Positions 1 to 9,822 of a stretch of 64,000 bases of DNA are shown here, piece after piece. The notes below the pieces were generated by a model, which did not search any database, was not told the DNA's origin, and saw only the letters and a program-made list of their open reading frames with translations. A program made the position numbers and the translations under genes. This stretch comes from Candidatus Saccharimonadia bacterium (lineage in GTDB: Bacteria > Patescibacteriota > Saccharimonadia > UBA4664), in the NCBI GenBank assembly GCA_035479295.1, contig DATIIV010000020.1, forward strand, positions 10,027-74,026, in the 5' to 3' direction. How positions within the stretch are numbered: the first letter of the stretch is position 1; the number at the start of each line of letters is the position of its first letter.

Positions 1-1488
1 GAGCAGCGGCGCGGCCTCGTCATCGCCTCGACCGCCCAGGAGCACCATGGGGTGATGGATCGGCCGGTGCTGGAGTATGTGCTGGAGAATCTGCCGGAGT
101 ACGCCCGGCTGCATCATATCATCGAGACTCATCCCGAGACCATGGGCGACGACATGAAGCTGATCGGCCAGTACACCGATGCCTTGACGCGCTTTGGCGA
201 GCTCGGCTACTACGATATTCAGGAGCGGGCGCGCCAGGAGCTGCTTGATTTTCAGGTGCCGCCCGAGCGGATCGACGGCCCTATGGGCAAGCTGTCCGGC
301 GGCCAAAAGCGCTTTGTGGAGCTAGTTAAAGTGACACTGAGCGACGCTGACCTGGCGCTGATCGATGAGCCGACCAACCACATGGACTACGTGGCCAAAG
401 AGGCCTTCGTTGAGTGGCTCGAGGACGCTCAACAGGCCGTGGTGGTCATTACCCACGACCGCGATGTGCTGGCGGTGGTCGATCGCATTGTCGAGATCAA
501 AGATCACGGAGTCGCTAGTTTTGAGGGCAATTACGAGACCTACCTCAAGCAAAACGGTCGCACTACCATGAACGCGGTTGAGCAGTATGAGTTTGATCAG
601 CGCACCTTGGCCAACTTGCACAAGCAGGTGATGGAGGCTCGGCGCAAAAAAGGTATGGCGGCGGCCTCTAGCGCCACGCGGTTTCGCATTATGGAGGAGC
701 GGCTGCAGCGCCAGTACGATGCGCTCAAGAGCCGACTGCAGAAGCCCTCATTCTGGATCGATAGCGAGCAGCTCGACACCATGCAGAGCAAGGTGGTCGA
801 AAAATACGACCGCTACAAGGCCAAAAATATTCGCATTCAAACGCGCGGCGTAACCGAAGGCCAGCGTACGCTCGTTACCGTGGACAGCCTGTCGTTGGGC
901 TACGACGGCCCGCTGTTTGCTGGCCTGTCGCTGACGCTGCGCCAGGGCGAGCGACTGGAGCTCAAGGGCCGCAACGGCGTCGGCAAATCCACGCTGATCC
1001 GAGCGATTCTGGCTACGGCGACGGGCGGCCGGCTGGGCTCGCAGGTGTACGCCGGCACGATTGAGCTCGACCCCAAGGTGAGTATCGGCGTGTATGAGCA
1101 AGAGATCGACCCCAAGTATCTGCCGCTGCCACTAGCTACGGCCATCGCCCAGGTCTACGCCGAGCGCGGGGTGGCGGTCAGTGATCAGCGCGTTAAGCAA
1201 GTTATGTCCGATTACCTGTTCGACCCGCAACTCGATGGCAAACTCGAGATTGGCCGGCTGAGCGGCGGCCAAAAAGCCCGGTTCCAGCTCATCGCCATGC
1301 TCTGTCATAGCCCTAATCTGCTCATTTTGGACGAGCCCACCAATCACCTTGATCTGCCCTCGATCGAAGAGCTGGAGAAGGCGCTCGATCGCTACGCCGG
1401 CGCCATCCTCTACATCTCGCACGACTCATATTTTACGCGCGGGGTGGGCGGGGAAGTGGTGGAGATTACGTCAATTAATCAAAATTAG
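1..1488 (+). CDS. ABC-F family ATPase (tandem ABC domains), 5' end runs off the window
   Basis: Two ABC signature/Walker-B blocks (LSGGQKRFVEL...LALIDEPTNHMD and LSGGQKARFQL...LLILDEPTNHLD) with no TMD. The reading frame is open from nt 1, so the first Walker A lies upstream of the window. Confidence 0.75.
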   Translation, partial: EQRRGLVIASTAQEHHGVMDRPVLEYVLENLPEYARLHHIIETHPETMGDDMKLIGQYTDALTRFGELGYYDIQERARQELLDFQVPPERIDGPMGKLSGGQKRFVELVKVTLSDADLALIDEPTNHMDYVAKEAFVEWLEDAQQAVVVITHDRDVLAVVDRIVEIKDHGVASFEGNYETYLKQNGRTTMNAVEQYEFDQRTLANLHKQVMEARRKKGMAAASSATRFRIMEERLQRQYDALKSRLQKPSFWIDSEQLDTMQSKVVEKYDRYKAKNIRIQTRGVTEGQRTLVTVDSLSLGYDGPLFAGLSLTLRQGERLELKGRNGVGKSTLIRAILATATGGRLGSQVYAGTIELDPKVSIGVYEQEIDPKYLPLPLATAIAQVYAERGVAVSDQRVKQVMSDYLFDPQLDGKLEIGRLSGGQKARFQLIAMLCHSPNLLILDEPTNHLDLPSIEELEKALDRYAGAILYISHDSYFTRGVGGEVVEITSINQN

Positions 1489-1502
1489 CGTACAATACGG
1501 CT

Positions 1503-2906
1503 ATGAAGGGGCATCTCTACTTTATCGGGATTACCGGCCATGCCATTCGGGGACTGGCGCTGGCGGCGCGCGATAACGGCTATGAGGTGAGCGGCTTGGA
1601 CGAGACCGGCGCGCCGCCTGGCAGCGATTGGCTGGATGAGCGCGACATTCGCTGGAGTCGCCAGTTTGAGCCGGCGCAGCTGCACGACGTGACGGCCGTG
1701 ATTGTGACCGGCGCGCACGTCAGCGACGAGTATCCGGCCGTGGTGGAGGCGCGTCGGCGAGCTATTCCGATCAAGTCGTGGGCCCAGTGGGCGGGGGAGT
1801 TTGCGGCCGATAAGCGGGTGTTGGCGGTGGCCGGCACGCACGGCAAGACCACCACGACCTCGTTGATTACGTGGCTACTGGAGGCGGCGGGTCGGCGGCC
1901 AGACTTTCTGATTGGCATTAAGCCCTTTAATTTTGATTCGAGTGTGCGGCTGAGCGATGCGCCAGTGCTGGTGATCGAGGGCGACGAGTATCGCGCCTCA
2001 AATTTGGAGCCGCAAGCCAAATTGGAGTATTACCACCCCAATGTGCTGGTGCTAACGTCGGTGGAGCACGATCACCCCGACATGTACCCCGATTTGCAGT
2101 CGGTGATCGATCGGTTTAGTAGCGTGGTGGCGGCGCTGTCTGGCGACGGCCGGTTGGTGGTGTGGAATGGCAGCGAGACGGCGCTGCAGGTGGCGGCGAA
2201 GGCCTCGTGCGAGGTGGTGACCTACGGGCTCAAGGACGGCGATTACTCGGCCCGCGATGTGGGTTACTTGCCGGCCGGCCTTGAGTTTGACGTGCACCAC
2301 GACGGCCGATTACTGGGCCGGCTGGCCGTGCCGATGTACGGCCGCCACAATGTGCTCAATGCGCTGGCCGCCACGGTGGTGGCGCTGGGCGAGGGCCTAA
2401 CGTTCGCCGAGATTATGGCGGGCGCGGTTGGCTTTAAAGGCGCTTATCGTCGGTTTAATGTGCTGACGCCGGCCGGCGCGCCGATAACCGTGATCGATGA
2501 TTATGCCCACCACCCCACCGAGGTGGCAGCCACCATCGAGGCCGTCAAGCTGCACTTTGCTGGCCAGCGCCTGCTGGTGGTGTACCGGCCGCACACGTAT
2601 TCGCGTACCAAGGCGCTGCTGGCCGAGTACCGAGCCTCGTTTGGCCAGGCCGATCTGGTGTTTATGGCCGATGTGGAGGCCGCGCGCGAGTCGGCGGCCG
2701 ACCGCACGGTTAGTGGCGCCGACATTGTGGCCGGCCTAGGCGAGCAGGCGGTGTACGAACCCGACCGAGCGCGCCTGGCCGACCGGGTAGTAGCGGCCGC
2801 TCGCCCCGGCGACGTGGTGCTCTGTATGACCGTATCGGGCTACGACCGCATCGCCAATGAGCTGGCCGAGCGGCTCGGCGCCACCACCGGTGAGGCCGCC
2901 GCATGA
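1503..2906 (+). CDS. Mur ligase family protein, Mpl/MurC-like (UDP-N-acetylmuramate-peptide/L-Ala ligase)
   Basis: GTHGKTTTTSLI P-loop, EGDEY...LTSVEHDHPDMY and DDYAHHPTEV motifs typical of MurC/Mpl. The N-terminus YFIGITGHAIRGLA is Mpl-like. Confidence 0.7.
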   Translation: MKGHLYFIGITGHAIRGLALAARDNGYEVSGLDETGAPPGSDWLDERDIRWSRQFEPAQLHDVTAVIVTGAHVSDEYPAVVEARRRAIPIKSWAQWAGEFAADKRVLAVAGTHGKTTTTSLITWLLEAAGRRPDFLIGIKPFNFDSSVRLSDAPVLVIEGDEYRASNLEPQAKLEYYHPNVLVLTSVEHDHPDMYPDLQSVIDRFSSVVAALSGDGRLVVWNGSETALQVAAKASCEVVTYGLKDGDYSARDVGYLPAGLEFDVHHDGRLLGRLAVPMYGRHNVLNALAATVVALGEGLTFAEIMAGAVGFKGAYRRFNVLTPAGAPITVIDDYAHHPTEVAATIEAVKLHFAGQRLLVVYRPHTYSRTKALLAEYRASFGQADLVFMADVEAARESAADRTVSGADIVAGLGEQAVYEPDRARLADRVVAAARPGDVVLCMTVSGYDRIANELAERLGATTGEAAA

Positions 2907-3331
2907 GGGTCGGCACTACCGCTAGCGGTCTCATCGTCCGGCTCGAGCCCGACGACGACGTCATCGCCCAGATTCAGGCGGCGGCCGCAGCCCACCACGT
3001 CGTCAACGCCGAAGTCACCGGTCTCGGCTCGGTCGAGGCGCCCACCCTGGCTCACTATCGCCGCGATACCAAACAGTTCACCGAGCGCACCTTCGACGGT
3101 ATCTTCGAGGTTGTCTCGTTGGTCGGCAACATCAGCCTGACCGACGACCGTCCGACCCTTCACTGCCACGTCATCATTAGCGACGCCGGCATGACCACCC
3201 ACGGCGGCCACCTGGTGCGCGCCACCTGCTCGGCCACATTGGAACTCATTATTCGCCAGCTCGATACCACCTACATCAAACGCCGCGATGATGCTGTCGG
3301 ACTAAACGTCTGGCAATTGCCAACCGCCTAA
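2903..3331 (+). CDS. DUF296 / PPC-domain protein (predicted DNA-binding)
   Basis: The pattern FEVVSLVGNIS...RPTLHCHVIISD...GGHLV...ELIIRQL matches the bacterial DUF296/PCC fold. ATGA overlap with the upstream gene. Confidence 0.65.
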   Translation: MRVGTTASGLIVRLEPDDDVIAQIQAAAAAHHVVNAEVTGLGSVEAPTLAHYRRDTKQFTERTFDGIFEVVSLVGNISLTDDRPTLHCHVIISDAGMTTHGGHLVRATCSATLELIIRQLDTTYIKRRDDAVGLNVWQLPTA

Positions 3332-3394
3332 TGGGCAAAATAGACGAAGCCCCGCCACCCAGTCGGGCAGCGGGGTGTGCAGAGAGCAGGGCGA

Positions 3395-3712
3395 CTAGAG
3401 GCCGAGCCGAATGGAAACGATAGTACCCAAGGTTATCCAGGAGGCGGTGCCATTGGGCCTCAAGCTCGCCTCCAGCTCCGGATCGGCCGTAAACTCGAGC
3501 TTGTCGCCTCGCTTGAGGTCGGCCCTAATAGAGCCCCGCGTTGAGCCATCAGTCTCTTGCTGCGGTACGGTTATGCGGCCGATCAGCTGGTTGTGGGCCC
3601 CGTCCACTGACTCTACGCGAAAGACGTAAGGCCCGGTAACGCCGGTCATAATGCTAATGACACAGCCCTTAAAGACGATCTTGGGGCTAAGCTGGTCAAC
3701 CCATCTGCTCAC
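3395..3712 (-). CDS. hypothetical protein
   Basis: 105-aa ORF with GC3-rich codon usage; no recognisable motif. Confidence 0.4.
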   Translation of the reverse strand: MSRWVDQLSPKIVFKGCVISIMTGVTGPYVFRVESVDGAHNQLIGRITVPQQETDGSTRGSIRADLKRGDKLEFTADPELEASLRPNGTASWITLGTIVSIRLGL

Positions 3713-3890
3713 GTTCGCGGCTCCTTAGTTTGCGCTCGGGTTCGTTTGTGGCCAGTCAGCACTATACCATACCCAATCTTGCTAAATTAGCGTCAGCTCG
3801 GCACACCCGTCACTCGACAAAGGCCTCTCAGACTACGATAGTAATAATCGAATCGACATCAATTCTTCGAAAGAGCGAGAGACTAAGGAG

Positions 3891-4076
3891 ATGATGGTGG
3901 CTGATTGCCCCGACTGCGGGTTTGAGAAAGGTATCGTCGGGATGGGTGGATGCAACTGTAAGGATACGCTCCTGGCGATGATAAATCGGGCCGGAGCGCG
4001 GCTGCAGATCGAGAATGCCGGCGACGACCTCGGTGACTTTACCGACCCTCCCTCCGACAGCCCTGCTCAGGACTGA
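3891..4076 (+). CDS. small hypothetical protein with CxxC...CxC (zinc-ribbon-like)
   Basis: AAGGAG 7 nt upstream of the ATG, 61 aa, CPDCG...CNC. Followed by a strong terminator. Confidence 0.45.
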   Translation: MMVADCPDCGFEKGIVGMGGCNCKDTLLAMINRAGARLQIENAGDDLGDFTDPPSDSPAQD

Positions 4077-4103
4077 GACTTTGGCCGCGATTTGAGCCGT
4101 GCC

Positions 4104-4151
4104 AGCGGTCGGTCTTGAGGCAACGAGCCTCTTGACCGACCGCTTTTTGTT
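4104..4151 (+). terminator. rho-independent terminator (11-bp stem AGCGGTCGGTC/GACCGACCGCT plus TTTTTGTT)
   Basis: Inverted repeat followed by a T-run, seen directly in the sequence. Confidence 0.6.
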
Positions 4152-4152
4152 A

Positions 4153-4181
4153 TTGCCATTTCGGGCTTAACCAGATAAAAT
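4153..4181 (+). promoter_or_regulatory. sigma70-like promoter TTGCCA-N17-TAAAAT upstream of fusA
   Basis: The hexamers and spacing are in the sequence. The leader that follows (4195-4240) has a GCGCAC...GTGCGC hairpin plus a T-run. Confidence 0.4.
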
Positions 4182-4256
4182 ATGGTTAAGCAGTGCGCAC
4201 AGCGCCTTTTTCATGTGCGCCTCTTTATTTTTTTAGAAAGGATCAACGTAACCCCT

Positions 4257-6335
4257 ATGGCCCGCGAATACTCGCTCGAAAACACCCGTAACATCGGCAT
4301 TATCGCCCACATCGACGCTGGTAAGACTACCACCACTGAGGGCATCCTTTATCGCACCGGCAAGACGCACAAGATCGGCGAGGTCCACCAGGGCGAGGCC
4401 ACTATGGACTGGATGGCGCAGGAGCAGGAGCGCGGTATCACCATTACCGCCGCCGCCACGACCTGCTTCTGGAAGGGCAAGCGCATCAACATCATCGACA
4501 CGCCCGGCCACATCGACTTCACGGTTGAGGTTGAGCGTAGTTTGCGCGTACTCGACGGCGCCGTCACCGTCTTCGACGGCAAGATGGGCGTGGAGCCGCA
4601 GTCCGAGACCGTCTGGCGCCAGGCCGACAAGTACGGCGTGCCGCGCATTTGTTTCATTAATAAGATCAACCAGACCGGCGGCGACTTCTACAAGAGCCTC
4701 GAGAGCATTCACGAGCGACTGAGCAAGCGGGCCTACGCCATTCACCTGCCGATCGGCTTCGAGCAAGAGATCAACGGCGTCATCGACCTGATCGAGATGA
4801 AGGCCTATACCTACAAGGACTACAAGGACCACGAGCTCATCGAGGGCGAGATCCCGGCCGACATGCTCGAGAAGGCCACCAAGTACCGCAACCACCTGAT
4901 CGAGGCGGCGGTCGAGGCCGACGATGAGCTGATGGAGAAGTACCTGGAGGGTCACGAGCTCACCATCGATGAGCTCAAGCTGGCCATTCGCAAGAGCGTG
5001 CTGACCGGCACCTTCTTCGCCGTCAGCGGCGGCGATGGTCGCGGCGTCATCGTTGAGAAACTGCTCGACGCCATGGTCGACTTCTTGCCCAACCCGCTCG
5101 ATGTCGGCAGCGTCTGGGGCACCGATCCCAAGACCGGCAACGAGCTTGAGCGCAAGCCCAGCGACGAGGAGCCGTTCTCGGGCTTGGCTTTCAAGATTGC
5201 CACTGACCCGTTCATCGGTAAGCTGGCCTTCTTCCGGGTCTACTCGGGCGTGGTTAAGAGTGGTTCGTACATTCTAAATGCCTCGACCGGCGAGCGCGAG
5301 CGCATCGGCCGCCTGGTGCTGATGCACGCCAACTCGCGCGAAGAGGTGCAAGAGGTGCACGCCGGCGAGATTGCGGCGGCCGTCGGCCTTAAGGGCACCA
5401 CCACCGGCAATACCCTCACCGATGTCGACCACCCGGTCATTCTCGAGAGCATTACCTTCCCCGAGCCGGTTATCTCTATCGCCGTCGAGCCCAAGACCAA
5501 GAGTGACCAGGAGAAGATGGGCAACGCTCTGCAGCGCCTGGCCGAGGAGGACCCGACCTTCCGCGTCCACACCGAGGAACAGACGGGGCAAACCATCCTG
5601 GAAGGTATGGGCGAGCTCCATCTCGACATCCTCGTCGACCGCATGAAGCGTGAGTTCAAGGTTGAGGCCAACATCGGTCGGCCGCAGGTCGCTTACCGTG
5701 AGACCATTAAGAAAGAGGCCAAGGGCCAAGGCAAGTTTGTACGCCAGACCGGTGGCTCCGGCCAGTACGGCGATGTCTGGATCGAGCTGACGCCGCTGGA
5801 GCCGGGCGAAGGCTTCGTGTTTGAGAACGGTATCGTTGGCGGTGTGGTGCCGCGCGAGTACATTAAGCCGGTCGAAGAGGGCATTAAGGATGCTATGTCG
5901 ACCGGTATCTCGGCCGGCTTCCCGGTGGTGGATGTTAAGGCCAAGCTATACGACGGTAGCTACCACGATGTTGACTCGTCCGAGATCGCCTTCAAGCTGG
6001 CAGGCCGTCTAGCCTTTAACGAGGTAGCCAAGAAGGCCGACCCAATCATTCTCGAGCCGATCATGAAGGTTGAAGTAACGGTGCCCGAGGAGTACATGGG
6101 CGACGTTATTGGCAACCTTAACTCTAAGCGTGGCCGCATCGAAAGCATGGAGGATCGCGCCGGCGCCAAGATTATTGATGCCAAGGTGCCGCTGGCCGAG
6201 ATGTTTGGCTACACTACCACGCTGCGCTCCATGACGCAGGGCCGTGCCTCCAACTCCATGGAGTTCGACCACTACGAGGAAGTGCCGCGCAACGTGGCCG
6301 AGGAGATCATCGCCAAGCGCACCACCAAGGCGTAA
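4257..6335 (+). CDS. fusA: elongation factor G
   Basis: [20 protein letters not shown] and NKID G-domain motifs, and an overall EF-G-like sequence. Start chosen at [14 protein letters not shown] (AAAGGA upstream) rather than the ORF-track ATG at 4182. Confidence 0.93.
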   Translation: MAREYSLENTRNIGIIAHIDAGKTTTTEGILYRTGKTHKIGEVHQGEATMDWMAQEQERGITITAAATTCFWKGKRINIIDTPGHIDFTVEVERSLRVLDGAVTVFDGKMGVEPQSETVWRQADKYGVPRICFINKINQTGGDFYKSLESIHERLSKRAYAIHLPIGFEQEINGVIDLIEMKAYTYKDYKDHELIEGEIPADMLEKATKYRNHLIEAAVEADDELMEKYLEGHELTIDELKLAIRKSVLTGTFFAVSGGDGRGVIVEKLLDAMVDFLPNPLDVGSVWGTDPKTGNELERKPSDEEPFSGLAFKIATDPFIGKLAFFRVYSGVVKSGSYILNASTGERERIGRLVLMHANSREEVQEVHAGEIAAAVGLKGTTTGNTLTDVDHPVILESITFPEPVISIAVEPKTKSDQEKMGNALQRLAEEDPTFRVHTEEQTGQTILEGMGELHLDILVDRMKREFKVEANIGRPQVAYRETIKKEAKGQGKFVRQTGGSGQYGDVWIELTPLEPGEGFVFENGIVGGVVPREYIKPVEEGIKDAMSTGISAGFPVVDVKAKLYDGSYHDVDSSEIAFKLAGRLAFNEVAKKADPIILEPIMKVEVTVPEEYMGDVIGNLNSKRGRIESMEDRAGAKIIDAKVPLAEMFGYTTTLRSMTQGRASNSMEFDHYEEVPRNVAEEIIAKRTTKA

Positions 6336-6363
6336 TCTCGCCTCACTTCGAGTACTGCTCGAC

Positions 6364-6396
6364 CAAAAAGACCTCATAGCCGGGGTCTTTTTTGGT
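6364..6396 (+). terminator. rho-independent terminator AAAAAGACC-loop-GGTCTTTTTT
   Basis: 9-bp perfect stem with flanking A and T runs, immediately after the fusA stop. Confidence 0.55.
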
Positions 6397-7067
6397 TGCG
6401 TCATGGTTTTATAACGGCTATGCTTGCCATAGGCCGAGATTGCTACTAGACTCGATAAGGTCGTGCCGACACGTCGAGGGGCCGAGTCGGCAGATAGCTC
6501 TCCGGGAAGATGATGACACCTGGAGAGAAATGGTCCGGCATCTGCCGGGAAGATCCGGACCGCAGGGCTGGTCTGGCCCAGCGTAGCTCGTTTACACTCC
6601 CACGGACGAGATTGCGTTGGGCCAGACTGGTTCCTCAGCCAAGTTCCCTGCAATTGCTTTCGGACGTCCCGACCGCGCCCGGCCCGTCCGATAGGTGGCA
6701 CGTTACTGCTAGCCAACGCACCCTTGTCCCTGTCGGTTCGTTTGCCAGCATAAATGGTTTTTCGGCTCTTGCCCCGAGCCGGCAACCTTGTGCCACATCC
6801 CTTAGAGCGGGGCGGCCTCCCCCAGGCCATCCCCGGTGGCTCGTCGCCCCGCTCTGCTGTATTTGTTGCCTGCCGTTAGGCGGGCGATTGTAGCCCGGCC
6901 TGTGTGCCGGGCTTTGTGCTGCTTAGGCCTGAATCTCAAAACCCCTCGTCTCGGCGCGCCCCTGCTTTATAGTTCTCCTGTGAGGGTTGTTTGAGCGAAG
7001 CAAGTTTCCGCAACGGGAACCTATAAGGCAGGAAGCGCCTGGGGCGGGGGACTCAGGTGCTTAGGGC

Positions 7068-7097
7068 TTTACAAGCCTAGCCCAATCTGTCTATAAT
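7068..7097 (+). promoter_or_regulatory. promoter TTTACA-N18-TATAAT upstream of tuf
   Basis: Consensus hexamers; about 165-nt leader to the tuf ATG, with AAAGGAG as ribosome-binding site. Confidence 0.5.
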
Positions 7098-7264
7098 ACG
7101 AGGGTCCAAGCGGGCAGTATTTTTTATGTACTAATACTGTTCTTAGGCAATTACTAACAAATTTGGTTCCATGGCAGATCGCTGATGCGGCCGCCGTTTT
7201 CGGTCTACCGCGTGGCAAAGCTGCCACATTAACCATCTGAAATGGAACTATTAAAGGAGTATCA

Positions 7265-8446
7265 ATGGCTGAATTTGCACGCACCAAGCCGCACTTCAAC
7301 GCTGGCACCATCGGTCACGTCGACCACGGCAAGACCACGCTGACCGCGGCCATCACCATCGTCCTGGCCAAGCACAATCCGTCGGACGTCAACAAGAAGA
7401 TCGATTACGATCAGATTGACAAGGCTCCCGAGGAGAAGCAGCGCGGTATCACCATCTCTACCTCGCACGTTGAGTACGAGACCGAGAAGCGCCACTACGC
7501 GCACGTCGACATGCCTGGTCACGCCGACTACGTTAAGAACATGATTACGGGTGCCGCTCAGATCGATGGCGCCGTGTTGGTTGTTTCGGCCGCCGACGGC
7601 CCGATGCCGCAGACCCGTGAGCACATCCTGTTGGCTCGCCAGGTGGGTGTGCCGTCGATCTTGGTCTACATGAACAAGATGGACATGGCCGACCCGGAGC
7701 TGGCTGAGCTGGTCGAGATGGAGATCCGCGAGCTGCTGGCCAAGAACGGCTATGACGAGAACGCCCCAGTCGTCAAGGGCTCGGCCCTCAAGGCCATCGA
7801 GGGTGATGCTGAGGCCGAGAAGTCGATTCTCGAGCTGGTTAAGGCTATGGACGACTTCTTCCCGGAGCCAGTCCGCGAGCTCGACAAGCCGTTCCTGATG
7901 CCGATCGAGGACGTCTTCTCGATCAAGGGCCGCGGCACCGTTGCCACTGGTCGTATCGAGCAGGGCAAGATCAAGGTTAACGAAGAGGTCGAGATCGTCG
8001 GCATTCGCCCGACCAAGAAGACCGTCGTCACCGGCGTCGAGATGTTCAAGAAGCTGCTGCCCGACGCCCAGGCCGGCGACAATGTGGGCGCCCTGCTGCG
8101 CGGCATTGAGCGCACCGACATCGAGCGCGGTCAGGTTCTGGCCAAGCCCGGTTCGGTTACGCCACACACCGAGTTCGACGCTGAGGTTTACGTCCTGAGC
8201 AAGGACGAGGGCGGTCGCCACACCCCGTTCTTCAAGGGCTACAAGCCGCAGTTCTACATCCGCACCACCGACGTTACCGGCGCTGTGACGCTGCCGGACG
8301 GTGTCGAGATGGTTATGCCGGGCGACACCATCCAGATGAAGGTCGAGCTGATCGCTCCGATCGCCATGGAAGAGGGTCTACGCTTCGCCATTCGTGAGGG
8401 TGGCCGCACCGTGGGTGCCGGCGTGGTGACCAAGATCATCAAGTAG
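7265..8446 (+). CDS. tuf: elongation factor Tu
   Basis: [23 protein letters not shown] and NKMD motifs; 393 aa; EF-Tu across the full length. Confidence 0.97.
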   Translation: MAEFARTKPHFNAGTIGHVDHGKTTLTAAITIVLAKHNPSDVNKKIDYDQIDKAPEEKQRGITISTSHVEYETEKRHYAHVDMPGHADYVKNMITGAAQIDGAVLVVSAADGPMPQTREHILLARQVGVPSILVYMNKMDMADPELAELVEMEIRELLAKNGYDENAPVVKGSALKAIEGDAEAEKSILELVKAMDDFFPEPVRELDKPFLMPIEDVFSIKGRGTVATGRIEQGKIKVNEEVEIVGIRPTKKTVVTGVEMFKKLLPDAQAGDNVGALLRGIERTDIERGQVLAKPGSVTPHTEFDAEVYVLSKDEGGRHTPFFKGYKPQFYIRTTDVTGAVTLPDGVEMVMPGDTIQMKVELIAPIAMEEGLRFAIREGGRTVGAGVVTKIIK

Positions 8447-8462
8447 TCTACGCGATTGATCG

Positions 8463-8492
8463 CAAAAAAGGACCTACGGGTCCTTTTTTGTT
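8463..8492 (+). terminator. rho-independent terminator AAAAAAGGACC-TACG-GGTCCTTTTTTG
   Basis: Perfect stem plus T-run, seen in the sequence. Confidence 0.65.
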
Positions 8493-8649
8493 GGCGGTGG
8501 CACAGGAGCGGCCAGAGCCGGCTCAGGCTCGCACCCTCATAATGGTTTCCGGCTGTGGAACTCGCTTCGCTCGGACAGTCCTCGCCGGAGAACCATCATG
8601 GGGCTGCTCGCCGATAAAAGGGACGAATTCTAGGGTTTGAGCGCGGATG

Positions 8650-8678
8650 CCTTTACAAACGCCACGTTACCGTTTACA
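8650..8678 (+). promoter_or_regulatory. promoter TTTACA-N17-TACAAT upstream of rpsJ
   Basis: Consensus hexamers; about 90-nt leader. Confidence 0.5.
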
Positions 8679-8767
8679 ATATCGCTCAATACCACTAATC
8701 ATATACCGAGAACTCGTCCGGCCGGTAGAGCCGCGAAGAGGTTACGGTATCGCACCAGGAGACTGAT

Positions 8768-9094
8768 ATGCCCGAAGCCAAGACCGAGACTAAGCAGCGC
8801 ATTCGTATTCGCCTTAAGGCCTACGACTCGAAGGTGATCGACCAGAGCGCTAAGCAGATTATTGAGACCGCCATTCGCACTGGCGCTAGCGTGGCCGGCC
8901 CGATTCCGCTGCCGACCGAGCGTAACGTTACCACCGTGCTGCGCAGCACCCACGTCCACAAGGACGCCCGCGAGCAGTTCGAGATGCGCACGCACAAGCG
9001 CCTCATCGACATTACCGAGCCGACCCCCAAGACCATCGACGCCCTGATGAACCTGAACCTTCCGGCCGGCGTCGACATTGAAATAAAAATGTAG
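8768..9094 (+). CDS. rpsJ: 30S ribosomal protein S10
   Basis: IRIRLKAYD...ETAIRTGA...GPIPLPT...RTHKRLIDI, an S10 signature. Confidence 0.95.
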   Translation: MPEAKTETKQRIRIRLKAYDSKVIDQSAKQIIETAIRTGASVAGPIPLPTERNVTTVLRSTHVHKDAREQFEMRTHKRLIDITEPTPKTIDALMNLNLPAGVDIEIKM

Positions 9095-9100
9095 TTTAGC

Positions 9101-9130
9101 CTCAAAATGCTCCCGGAGACGGGGGCTTTT
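9101..9130 (+). terminator. terminator hairpin GCTCCCG-GAGA-CGGGGGC plus TTTTGAGT
   Basis: 7-bp stem with a GNRA-type loop and a U-tract directly after rpsJ. Confidence 0.5.
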
Positions 9131-9150
9131 GAGTATAGAGATCATTTTGC

Positions 9151-9630
9151 ATGCGTAATTATAGTGTAGGCCGGGCTATGTGGCTGATGTCACTACTAGT
9201 GATCTGGCTGCTGAGCCTACTCATTGCTGCCGTGGTAGCAACGGATAATCTTCTGCTCCAGTGGGTCGGCTTGACTCGGGCCGGCCAGATTATTGCAGTC
9301 GCACCACTAGCCGATTCCGTCTGGCGCAATGGACTGGAGCGCTATCGGTATCAGGTGCAAGCAGCTGATGGGCGGCAGTATACCGTCAACGATTATTGGC
9401 TTCACCCGGTGGGTGCGGCTGCAGTAGTGCGGCTGACTCCAGACTCGATAGCTAGCAACGGCCAGGTGGCTCTGGACGGCGATTATTATAGCCCAGAACT
9501 TATTTGGGGCATAATATATTTGATGATCTCGGCTGGGTGGGGCTGGTGGTTGGTAATACAATGGCGGAGCGGGCGCTGGCCGATGAGTCACAGCATGATG
9601 CAGCGATTGCTGCCCTGGTTCTTGCGATAA
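9151..9630 (+). CDS. hypothetical membrane protein (N- and C-terminal TM helices, DUF3592-like topology)
   Basis: Hydrophobic N-terminus LMSLLVIWLLSLLIAAVVA and C-terminus WGIIYLMISAGWGWWLVI. Confidence 0.45.
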   Translation: MRNYSVGRAMWLMSLLVIWLLSLLIAAVVATDNLLLQWVGLTRAGQIIAVAPLADSVWRNGLERYRYQVQAADGRQYTVNDYWLHPVGAAAVVRLTPDSIASNGQVALDGDYYSPELIWGIIYLMISAGWGWWLVIQWRSGRWPMSHSMMQRLLPWFLR

Positions 9631-9822
9631 GCCTGGAGGTGACCTGGCGGGCGCCCTTGACGGTGTCGTGCAGCCCGCGTATGTGCGGTAGCACCCGCAG
9701 ACGTTAGATTGGCTCTGGGGAGGGGCTGAGAGACATGTCCGAGCAGTATGCGCTGTCAATCACAGCCTACAGCAAACCCCAATCAGCGGGGCTTGCTGCC
9801 GAGCCGATTGGGGCGGATTGCG

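Noticed and set aside
4182-4256. Upstream extension of fusA to the ATG at 4182 (ORF track, 717 aa).
   Set aside because: The extension ([25 protein letters not shown]) overlaps the predicted -10 region and the leader hairpin. EF-G homology begins at MAREYSLEN, which has a ribosome-binding site.
6009-6893. ORFs in the fusA-tuf spacer (6009-6830 minus, 6392-6586 plus, 6510-6893 plus).
   Set aside because: Their translations are R/S/G/P-rich junk-like. They overlap the fusA 3' end or sit in a region full of hairpins and are more likely non-coding. RNase P, tmRNA, SRP and riboswitch signatures were looked for by eye and not found.
7262-8221. 319-aa ORF on the minus strand opposite tuf. Similar long antisense ORFs lie opposite fusA (4233-4955), rpoA (25123-25944), rpsS/rplV (15991-16602), rplE (18739-19314) and rarA (12089-12673).
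   Set aside because: They overlap highly conserved, confidently identified genes. Their products are low-complexity and rich in R/G/A/L/V, as expected from antisense frames in high-GC DNA. No independent ribosome-binding sites or motifs.
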